NCBI GenBank assembly: GCA_021650915.1
Contig: CP091279.1
Coordinates: forward strand, 3,450,001 to 3,482,000
DNA from: Candidatus Brocadia sp.
GTDB lineage: Bacteria; Planctomycetota; Brocadiia; Brocadiales; Brocadiaceae
Direction: 5' to 3'
DNA: 32,000 nt
This document shows positions 1-7,169 of the stretch, piece after piece. The notes under the pieces are model-generated. The model made no database searches. It was given only the letters and a program-made list of their open reading frames with translations, and was not told the origin of the DNA. Positions within the stretch are counted from its first letter, which is position 1; each line of letters begins with the position of its first letter. The position numbers and the translations under genes are program-made.

Positions 1-1417
1 GCCGGTCTAATAATTCTGATCGCGTCAGTAAATACCGGTCCTCCGTAGGTAATTGCAGGGTATATCCAAGGGCGGAAATTCCGCGTGGAATGATTGAAAT
101 TCTGTGGACTTTGTCAGCGCCTGGAACTGATTCTGCCACCAGTGCATGCCCCGATTCATGATAGGCAATAATCTCCTGTTCCTTCCGGCTCATAACCTTT
201 TTTTTCTTCTCGAGTCCGGCAATCACCCGATTGATAGCTTCTTCAAGACTGTCCATTCCCACGGCATCTTTGCCTACGCGTGCGGCAAGCAGCGCAGCTT
301 CATTAACTACATTCGCCAGGTCTGCGCCGACAAACCCAGGAGTCCGTGCGGCAACAATCTTTATATCGACGTCTTTTCCCAGTTTTATATTTTTGCAGTG
401 CACCCTGAGTATCTCTTCGCGCCCTTTAATATCAGGTCTGTCGACCAGGATATGTCTGTCAAATCGTCCGGGCCTCAATAGTGCCGGATCCAGCACTTCC
501 GGCCTGTTCGTCGCTGCCATGAGGATAACGCCTTTTCTTGTGTCAAATCCGTCCATTTCGACAAGAAGCTGATTCAGGGTGTTTTCTCGTTCTTCATGAC
601 CACCCGATACCGGCGCTGCTGCCCTTACCTTTCCCAGGGCATCAATTTCATCAATAAAGATAATGCAAGGCGCCTTTTCCTGTGCCTGGGCAAACAGATC
701 CCTTACCCGGGCGGCTCCTACCCCCACAAACATCTCGACAAACCCGGATCCGCTTATTGAAAAAAACGGCACCTTTGCTTCCCCGGCTACCGCCTTGGCA
801 AGCAGGGTCTTGCCCGTGCCCGTGGGGCCGACCAGCAATACCCCTTTGGGAATCTTTCCTCCTAACCGCTGATATTTCTGCGGGTTTTGCAAATAATCGA
901 TGACCTCTTTCAATTCTTCCTTGGCCTCATCGACACCAGCAACATCATTAAAGGTAACGCCGGTATCCTTGTCGATATACAGATTTGCCCGGCTCTTCCC
1001 AATGGCCATGAGTCCCGCCCCTGTCGCACCTCGTCTGACGCGCGCCATCAGAATGAAAAAGATAATCATGGGGAGAAACCAGAGTAAAAACAGGCTTTGA
1101 CTCCATCCGCCATTGGTGGTTGCAGAAAATCTTACCTTGTGTGCTATGAGTTCCTTAATCAGTTCCTGGTCTTCGATCTTTACCGTTGTTATCGTCTTTT
1201 TTATCTTCTGCCCTTCTTCTGGCTTTAAAATACCTTTGATTGTCGTGGGGCTCATAATCACTTCTTCCAGCCTGTTTTGCTGTATCAGAGCCTTAAAATC
1301 ACTGTAAGGAATCCTTTCAGTCGAGGAGAATGCGGCATATGCATTACGGTGCATGGCGAGAACCGTCAGAAATACGATGAATAGGAAAGAGATGCGCGCG
1401 AGGTGTCTTCTCTTCAT
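1..1417 (-). CDS. ftsH: ATP-dependent zinc metalloprotease FtsH (N-terminal ~472 codons; C-terminus runs off the left edge)
   Basis: Own minus-strand translation from the ATG (complement of 1415-1417): [13 protein letters not shown]..., two hydrophobic segments, Walker A GPTGTGKT, Walker [14 protein letters not shown] zinc motif, no stop before position 1. Plus-strand ORFs 146-1307 are antisense artefacts. Confidence 0.95.
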   Translation of the reverse strand, partial: MKRRHLARISFLFIVFLTVLAMHRNAYAAFSSTERIPYSDFKALIQQNRLEEVIMSPTTIKGILKPEEGQKIKKTITTVKIEDQELIKELIAHKVRFSATTNGGWSQSLFLLWFLPMIIFFILMARVRRGATGAGLMAIGKSRANLYIDKDTGVTFNDVAGVDEAKEELKEVIDYLQNPQKYQRLGGKIPKGVLLVGPTGTGKTLLAKAVAGEAKVPFFSISGSGFVEMFVGVGAARVRDLFAQAQEKAPCIIFIDEIDALGKVRAAAPVSGGHEERENTLNQLLVEMDGFDTRKGVILMAATNRPEVLDPALLRPGRFDRHILVDRPDIKGREEILRVHCKNIKLGKDVDIKIVAARTPGFVGADLANVVNEAALLAARVGKDAVGMDSLEEAINRVIAGLEKKKKVMSRKEQEIIAYHESGHALVAESVPGADKVHRISIIPRGISALGYTLQLPTEDRYLLTRSELLDR

Positions 1418-1596
1418 TTTATTAATTTCTTTCAACCATGCTTCTTCGAAAACAAAAAGTCGTATGACAAACGGCTACCATACCTTGATTAACTATAGCA
1501 AATTATACAAGCCATTCGCAACGCATAATTTATCAAGGTAGCAAGTAGATTTGAATATTATTTGCCATTTCGCATTTTAAATTTTACCAGTATAAT

Positions 1597-1702
1597 TATA
1601 GTATTACTGTATAAAATCTTTCTTTTTTTGCAATTTTTTTGACAACCCCCTTCACCCCCTTTGTTAAGGGGGAATTGGTTGCGGCTGTGCTGCGTTATGC
1701 AA
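1597..1702. repeat. Modular intergenic repeat, copy 1 (module A 'tatagtattactgtataaaatctttcttttttgcaa' + 'ccccct..aggggg' hairpin + 'ggttgcggctgtgctgcg' module)
   Basis: Same modules recur at 15130-15265 and, with a different middle module, at 19403-19629, 13836-14060 (reverse) and 6398-6607. Confidence 0.8.
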
Positions 1703-1873
1703 TTTCTTGCCAAACATATTTTACCCAATACCTGCGTAAACATTATGGACCAATATCATCCCTGTGGTCTTGCCCATAAATATCCGGAGATTAACCGGCG
1801 TATTAGTGATAAGGAATTTGAGGACGCCCTTCGCATAGGCCGTGAAGAAGGTATCAGCAGGTTGGCCGACTAA
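1695..1873 (+). pseudogene. 3' remnant of a radical-SAM (PflX/COG1313-like) gene
   Basis: Only the tail of ORF 1661-1873 looks genuine: ...NTCVNIMDQYHPCGLAHKYPEINRRISDKEFEDALRIGREEGISRLAD*. From memory this matches the C-terminal ...NIMDQYRPC... end of PflX-type radical SAM proteins. The first ~12 codons of the ORF are repeat sequence and no upstream body exists. Confidence 0.45.
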
Positions 1874-1955
1874 GGGATTACAGGTAATACAATGGGTAGA
1901 ATTTCGATAGTAAAGGGTGTAATGGATACGTTTGTTTGCCTGTGTCTGATGTAAT

Positions 1956-3191
1956 ATGAAAGATTGGTATGATCTCATTGTTGTTGGTGGTGGTCCTGCA
2001 GGCATGATGGCCGCCGGCCGCGCTGGCGCAAGAGGGAAAAAGGTTATTCTCTTAGAAAAAAAAGACCAACTGGGCAAAAAGCTCCTTATCTGCGCATCGG
2101 GTCGGTGTAATGTAACCAATACGGCCTCTTTGGAGATATTTATAGAGGAATACGGAAAGGGAGGTTCTTTCCTTCGCGCGGCATTACAAAGATTCGATAA
2201 TGAAAAATTATGCTCGTTCCTTCTGTCGTATGGGATAGAAACGGTCGTAGAAAATAAGGGGCGGGTATTTCCAAAAAGCCAGAGGGCAGATTCCGTTTTA
2301 ATGGCGCTTAAAACTTATATGCATGGCCATGAGGTACAAATTCAAACAAATTCAGAAGTTCTGGAACTCAAGGTAGAAAGCAATCGTGTATCCGGTGTGG
2401 AAACCAATCACGGAAACATCTTCGGCAAAAATATTGTAATTGCAACGGGCGGGTGTAGTTATCCTGCCACCGGCAGTACGGGGGATGGCTATAGATTGGC
2501 ATCTTCTGTGGGGCATACCATTTATCCAACATATCCCGCGATCATTGCCTTTGAAACTGAGGAAACATGGGTAAAACCCTTACAAGGAACCCCCTTGAAA
2601 AATGTAAACATCACGGCATATCAATCCGGCAAGAAGATCGCAGAACAGTTTGGTGAGGCGCTTTTTACCCATTATGGCGTATCTGGTCCAGCCATCCTGG
2701 ACATGAGTAAACGCATCGTTGAGTGTTTACACCAAGGATATGTTCAAATACGTATCGACCTTAAACCCAAGCATACGCCAGAAGAACTTGAAAGCATCCT
2801 CCTGGATCAGATTAAACGGCACGGTAGTAAGGCCATGAAATCTTGTCTGACCTTTTTCATTCCTGAAAAATTAACCCCCATTTTCGTGAATCTCTGTAAC
2901 ATTGAACCGCAGAAAAAGGCATCTCAGATAACAACGCCGGAAAGAAAGAGGATCGTGAAACTGCTCAAGGGGCTTTCGCTCACCTCCGTGCGTCACCGGC
3001 CTATCGAGGAAGCGATTGTCACTGCCGGTGGCATAAGCCTGGATGAAGTCGATGCAAAGACCATGCAATCTAAGCTATGGAAAGGCTTATATTTTGCCGG
3101 AGAGGTACTAGATATTGATGGTCCCACAGGTGGATTTAACCTTCAGGCAGCGTTTTCCACCGGATATCTTACCGGGGATTCTGTTGATTAA
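1956..3191 (+). CDS. HI0933/BaiN-like NAD(P)/FAD-dependent flavoprotein
   Basis: 411 aa ORF with ATG start. N-terminal Rossmann motif DLIVVGGGPAGMMAA, GRCNVTN motif and C-terminal GEVLDIDGPTGGFNLQ typical of the HI0933 family. Confidence 0.9.
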   Translation: MKDWYDLIVVGGGPAGMMAAGRAGARGKKVILLEKKDQLGKKLLICASGRCNVTNTASLEIFIEEYGKGGSFLRAALQRFDNEKLCSFLLSYGIETVVENKGRVFPKSQRADSVLMALKTYMHGHEVQIQTNSEVLELKVESNRVSGVETNHGNIFGKNIVIATGGCSYPATGSTGDGYRLASSVGHTIYPTYPAIIAFETEETWVKPLQGTPLKNVNITAYQSGKKIAEQFGEALFTHYGVSGPAILDMSKRIVECLHQGYVQIRIDLKPKHTPEELESILLDQIKRHGSKAMKSCLTFFIPEKLTPIFVNLCNIEPQKKASQITTPERKRIVKLLKGLSLTSVRHRPIEEAIVTAGGISLDEVDAKTMQSKLWKGLYFAGEVLDIDGPTGGFNLQAAFSTGYLTGDSVD

Positions 3192-3331
3192 CATCAAGAA
3201 ATAAGGTATGGTATCTATCCAATAACCTAACGATGTAATGCTCTGACCTATTTCAAATGCTGCACCAGTTGGGTAATTTGGGTGGATTAAGCAAAAATGA
3301 ATCTACCCTTCTACCTTAGTTTGTCCTGGCC

Positions 3332-3826
3332 TTGATTCGGGACAGTGTGTTGGAGTTAGTAAAAAATATTATGGATGACGTGAAGATGTGTGAACATAAG
3401 GATGTCCAGGGTGATACTCAACCGTGGTACAAAGAAGGCCTGAGGTTTGAATGTCAGCGATGTGGCAGGTGTTGTCGCGGTGAACCCGGTGTGGTATGGG
3501 TTCATAAAAGAGAAATAGAAAATATAGCGGCGTTTTTTGGCATTACACAGCAGGCATTTGCAAAAAATTATTTGAGGACGATAAATGACCGGTGTAGTTT
3601 AATAGAATACAGCAACGGCGACTGTATTATGTATGATAACGGCTGCAAGATTTATGATGTAAGGCCGTGTCAGTGCAGGACGTTTCCGTTCTGGAAATCA
3701 ACGCTGGAAAACCGGTCGGAGTGGGAAAAGTTAAAGAAGACCTGTCCCGGCGTGGGTAAAGGGAAGGTGCATACGATGAAAGAGATTGAAGAAAATGTAA
3801 AAATATATGAAGGGCGTTTTGGCTAA
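3332..3826 (+). CDS. YkgJ-family (UPF0153) cysteine-cluster protein
   Basis: CQRCGRCC (CxxCxxCC) motif plus downstream Cys pairs. The track start at 3332 is TTG; an ATG at 3371 (MDDVKM...) is an equally plausible start. Confidence 0.8.
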   Translation: MIRDSVLELVKNIMDDVKMCEHKDVQGDTQPWYKEGLRFECQRCGRCCRGEPGVVWVHKREIENIAAFFGITQQAFAKNYLRTINDRCSLIEYSNGDCIMYDNGCKIYDVRPCQCRTFPFWKSTLENRSEWEKLKKTCPGVGKGKVHTMKEIEENVKIYEGRFG

Positions 3827-3856
3827 CATGATATTGGGAATTTTAAACCAACGGTA

Positions 3857-3975
3857 GTGGCAAGGCGCGCCTTGCCACAGTCTTGAATGCAAGAAAGTCC
3901 AATGTTTGAGATTCTTCGGTCGTTTCACTCCCTCAGAATGACGACGGTTATCATGCCGAGCGAAGCGAAGAATCT
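3857..3975. repeat. Perfect 22-nt palindrome gtggcaaggcgcgccttgccac (3857-3878) followed by a 'cactccctcagaatgac ... gagcgaagcgaagaatc' motif
   Basis: The palindrome is visible directly. The second motif is a variant of the 'attgcgag..gaagcaatc' modules seen elsewhere in the window. It lies between the two ykgJ-like genes. Confidence 0.6.
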
Positions 3976-4001
3976 AAGGAAGGTATTAAAGATATCATAC
4001 T

Positions 4002-4433
4002 ATGGGAAGTCCCCCAGCACTAGAAAATCTCTATTCAGAATTAGAAGCACTTTATCAGCGTTTAGAAGAAGAGCTAACCGTGCTCAACCCTGGTTGTAAT
4101 GGGTGTGGGACCTGTTGTAAATTTAGTACCTTTGATCACGTGCTTTATGCAAGCAGTATCGAAGTCGATTTTATTAAACGGAACAGAGAAATACCGGATT
4201 TTAACGTCACAGACAATGTTTGTCCCTTTTTGAAGGATAATCAATGTAGCATCAGGGATTTTCGAACGCTGGGGTGTCGGATTTTCTATTGTAATCCCTC
4301 TTATAAGCAGATATTGTGTGAAATGTATGAAAAATATTATCGCATGATTAAGGAACTGGGCATCAAATATGATGTTTCATGGAGATATTTGCCTTTTCTC
4401 AATCAATTGGTTCGATTTAAATCAACATCATGA
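4002..4433 (+). CDS. Second YkgJ-like cysteine-cluster (CxxCxxCC) protein
   Basis: 143 aa with CNGCGTCC motif and later CPF...C..C...C residues. Confidence 0.75.
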   Translation: MGSPPALENLYSELEALYQRLEEELTVLNPGCNGCGTCCKFSTFDHVLYASSIEVDFIKRNREIPDFNVTDNVCPFLKDNQCSIRDFRTLGCRIFYCNPSYKQILCEMYEKYYRMIKELGIKYDVSWRYLPFLNQLVRFKSTS

Positions 4434-4440
4434 GTTAGGT

Positions 4441-5052
4441 AGTGTCTGAACGAAAATGCGCTTTTTTTAAAAAGCGGCAGGGTGGTTTTTCGTTTGTGAA
4501 AATCTTTTCTTAAAATTTGCGCTAAGCTTTTGGCAAAAGTAAGTTTCTTTTCCTCATTTTTCCTGTCTTCCCACCATTTTCGATAAGTCTGGGCATACTA
4601 TCGCCCAGCCATACGGTTTTTTCACGTTTTTTAGGCTGCTTTTCGCAGCTTCTCGTGCCTCTTTCGCGCCTTCTCCTGAGGCACGTTCCCCAGCTCGTGT
4701 AAATTTGCTGCCAGCACTCCCAGGGCACAATACCTTTTAAATACATGCAACCCCTTGTCCAGACACCTATCCAAGCCATGATGTTCCAGGCGATTGATGT
4801 CAGATTCCACCGCAGAGCGCCTATGTCTGAGATTCTGAAATGTCATGCTCGACTCCTCCGTCTGTCTCTCGACAACCTGATGCTCTACGAGAAAACCCCA
4901 TTGATCGCTTGCAACCAGAAACGAATACACCTTCTCTTCCACCGGTATCTGCCTTAATACGGAGTCCTTCGCCTTTCTTTTTAACCAACTTATGCCCCGC
5001 TCTTACCACTTCCTTATTTTACCTGGCTTTGGAGTGTTTCCGCTCAAACACT
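4441..5052 (-). mobile_element. Internally deleted (non-autonomous) copy of the IS4/IS5-like element found intact at 8924-12018
   Basis: Left end agtgtctgaacgaaaatgc (4441-) and right end ttccgctcaaacact (-5052) match the ends of the long copy. ORFs 4631-4942 and 4821-5009 retain only patches of the transposase (..SAVESDINRLEHHGLDRC..). No direct repeat flanks it (aggt vs cttt). Confidence 0.85.
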
Positions 5053-5847
5053 CTTTACCACGAAAACCCCGGTACGATCGTGGTGTCGATACAAGAATTC
5101 ATGCCATAGCGACAAAAAACCTTCAGAGACACAGAGTCCAGAGATAAATGGGGACAACATCACACGAAAACACACGAAGTAGTACCTGTAGTCAGGGTAG
5201 TCCCTGTCGCGGGCGGAACAACGCACGCCCCAGTGACTATCGTAGAACGACCCGCCACGAACAACACGGAGCTCATCTGTTGAGGCATCCAGATTTTCCC
5301 TGCCATCCTTTGGATCATACGGATATCCTCCATAAAGACTTCGCGTCCATTCCCACACATTACCGGCCATCTCCTCGCAACCGTAGGAACTCGCACCTGC
5401 CGGAAAACACCCCACGGCGCTCGTAGCGCCAATACCGGTTTCGTTGTAATTAGCGCAATTGGGATCGGGATCATTACTCCAGGGATACAACCGCCGCGAT
5501 GTTTCGTTTTTCTTCATAGACAAACGGGTGTTCGCCTTTATATTTCCAATTGATACGACTTGTGGTTGAGCAGGAATCTCTATGTCACCCCTCGCTGCCT
5601 TTTCCCATTCGGCCTCAGAGGGCAGCCTCACCTCCCAGCCTTCCGGCAGGAGACCTGCCTTTCTCCACGCCTCCGTTAACCACCGGGTACATGCCAATGC
5701 CTCGTACCAGGCTATACCGACCACCGGATGATTTGGCAAGGTAAAGGGAGTAGCAAAACGATACGGTTCTTCTCTGAATGATTCATCAAAGATATCTTTT
5801 ATTAATAGTGTAGAAAACCACGCCCTGTGGGCGTGGTCAGAGAACAA
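5044..5847 (-). CDS. FGE/SUMF1-type (formylglycine-generating enzyme family) domain protein, probably a truncated remnant
   Basis: NHPVVGIAWYEA...RLPSEAEWEKAARG...YPWSN...GNVWEW...RGGSF...FRV motifs. The first half of the domain is missing (TTG start, TAG two codons upstream). The last three codons, including the stop, lie inside the IS end at 5044-5052. Confidence 0.6.
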   Translation of the reverse strand: MFSDHAHRAWFSTLLIKDIFDESFREEPYRFATPFTLPNHPVVGIAWYEALACTRWLTEAWRKAGLLPEGWEVRLPSEAEWEKAARGDIEIPAQPQVVSIGNIKANTRLSMKKNETSRRLYPWSNDPDPNCANYNETGIGATSAVGCFPAGASSYGCEEMAGNVWEWTRSLYGGYPYDPKDGRENLDASTDELRVVRGGSFYDSHWGVRCSARDRDYPDYRYYFVCFRVMLSPFISGLCVSEGFLSLWHEFLYRHHDRTGVFVVKSV

Positions 5848-6101
5848 CGGCTATGCCAGTTATCCCCTTCGATAAGTATGACGGAACTGGTTTTCGCCAT
5901 GCCGGTATTTTCCCAAAGAGATGTTCAATTTTGAGTATAAAACATTGAAAATACAAATAGGCTTACCGCTCATAGCTCAAAGAAGCATTTTGGTTGCATG
6001 AAAACGAATCGCAGTTAGTTCTGCACACTACGGGAATTACTTACAGTTTGCGTAATGAGTACAAATGGCAAACTTATCCCCTTTTAGTGGTTAACCCAAA
6101 G

Positions 6102-6130
6102 CCACCTGCTCCGCGGGTGGATTCTTTTTT
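6102..6130 (+). terminator. Intrinsic-terminator-like hairpin plus T-run with no annotated upstream gene
   Basis: ccacctgc (6102-6109) pairs with gcgggtgg (6113-6120), 8 bp with one G-U, followed by attctttttt. The T-run is also the first bases of repeat module R1. Confidence 0.4.
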
Positions 6131-6347
6131 GTAACTATTCAGCGTACTTTCGCTCACAATCACTACGAGTGAACAAAATATTGATGCTGTAATCCCGAAG
6201 GGATGTCATGATTATAGAAAAAAACGCACCGCCATATTCAACCCCGCAGGGGTAAAATATCGGGAACATAGCGATACTATGCCACCACTACGGGGTTAAC
6301 TATAATTGCATGACACTATAATGTTACTGTGTAAAAACTGGTTTTTT
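6124..6347 (-). repeat. Composite repeat: module R1 (6124-6217) + module C (6191-6340), reverse orientation
   Basis: R1 is near-identical to 13741-13835 and is inverted at 15446-15505. C matches 14050-14190, 27650-27795 and 15287-15445. Confidence 0.85.
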
Positions 6348-6397
6348 GCAACCCTATTTACCCCTTATCAGAAGGTACTGTTTATTTATAAGAAAAG

Positions 6398-6647
6398 GAT
6401 TGCTTCGCTTCACTCGCAATGACAACGTACCGTATCTCATCAAAGGCATAGCCAGCGTCATTGCGGGTACTCCAGTCTGATAAACGCCGGGAGAATAGCG
6501 CCCGCATGTCATCCAAGACAGAGTCAGCGTCAGTGCGAGGGTCTTGTCCGAAGCAATCTCCCGCCTTCACAACGGGGATTTGGTTGCGGCTGTGCTGCGC
6601 TATGAATAATATCGTCTTGTAGGGGCAGGTTTCAAACCTGCCCCTAC
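6398..6647 (+). repeat. Module B long hairpin ('gattgcttcgcttcactcgcaatgaca' ... 'gcgagggtcttgtccgaagcaatc') + 'ggttgcggctgtgctgcgc' module + palindrome gtaggggcaggtttcaaacctgcccctac (6619-6647)
   Basis: Module B recurs at 19489-19629 and, reversed, at 13836-13975. The 29-nt palindrome recurs at 22201-22231. Confidence 0.8.
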
Positions 6648-6746
6648 ACGGTATGGTACACATCGCTATTATTGGGATTTTTCAAAAAACCCGTGGTAAG
6701 ACCTTTCTGTGGAGCATGCTCCAGTGCATCAATTTTTATTTTTCAC

Positions 6747-6775
6747 TTGACAAGAAAAAATAAATTGATATTTTA
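6747..6775 (+). promoter_or_regulatory. Candidate sigma70-type promoter for the riboswitch/surface-protein transcript
   Basis: TTGACA (6747-6752), 16-17 nt spacer, TATTTT/ATTTTA (6769-6775). By eye only. Confidence 0.3.
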
Positions 6776-6826
6776 GTTCTCGCTGTTCTCTCTGTTCTCT
6801 CTGTTCTCTCTGTTCTCTCTGTTCTC
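6776..6826. repeat. 9-bp tandem repeat (gttctctct) x ~5.7
   Basis: gttctcgct gttctctct gttctctct gttctctct gttctctct gttctc. It produces the ENRENREN artefact in ORF 6773-7228. Confidence 0.95.
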
Positions 6827-6847
6827 ATGAGTACAATTATATAACGA

Positions 6848-6995
6848 TAAAGGCAAACCCTGAGTGATCAGGGGGCGCAAAGTAACAGGGTCTTTTGCAG
6901 GGGCGTATTGCATACGCCCTTGTTTGTCCGATAAAAAGACAGCCTTACTGCCGAAGGTAAAGATTTTTGAAAAATCGGTGGTAGGGCTTTTTTTG
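6848..6995 (+). promoter_or_regulatory. Candidate c-di-GMP-I (GEMM-I) riboswitch aptamer (6848-6956) with overlapping intrinsic terminator (6941-6995)
   Basis: GGCAAACC (6852-6859). Hairpin CCCUGA-GUGA-UCAGGG (6858-6873). GGCGCAAAG (6874-6882). AGG+GUCUUUU (6887-6896) pairs with AAAAGAC-AG-CCU (6934-6945). UGCCGA at 6949-6954. Terminator AGCCUUACUGCCGA (6941-6954) pairs with UCGGUGGUAGGGCU (6975-6988), followed by a U-run. Motif recall is from memory; no covariance model was run. Confidence 0.6.
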
Positions 6996-7169
6996 TTTAA
7001 ACCAGAATAAAGAAAGGGGGAGAATGCGGCTGTGTATACCACGTATTTTAGCATGAAAGGGGGGCGCTTTCGCTGATTGAAAAGAAGGGGAGAATTGCCT
7101 GCAAAAGTCAGGCATGCATAATGACCTTGTATTGATTCTATATCGAAGACAAAAGGAGGAAATGGCTTT

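Noticed and set aside
146-1307. Eight plus-strand ORFs (61-113 aa) across the first 1.3 kb
   Set aside because: They are antisense to a continuous, strongly recognisable FtsH reading frame on the minus strand and have low-complexity, motif-free translations.
1558-1743. ORFs lying in repeat modules (1558-1743, 6382-6663, 13753-13941, 15231-15473, 19389-19709, 19410-19592, 19483-19737, 25884-26120, 27773-28009 N-terminus)
   Set aside because: The same nucleotide modules recur in both orientations and are read in different frames at different loci (..SLRDF.., ..AQHSRNQFPL.., ..VIASEAKQS..). Conservation is at the DNA/RNA-structure level, not the protein level.
5940-6130. tmRNA or another housekeeping ncRNA
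   Set aside because: There is no tRNA-like acceptor/T-arm (no GGTTCGAATCC-type sequence), no ..ALAA-type tag ORF, and no SRP, 6S or RNase P hallmark strings. It is kept only as a low-confidence sRNA candidate.
6124-6647. CRISPR array, as an explanation for the recurring ~30-nt palindromic motifs
   Set aside because: The motifs are not regularly spaced direct repeats with unique spacers. They are dispersed over 26 kb, occur in both orientations and belong to larger shuffled modules. No cas genes are present.
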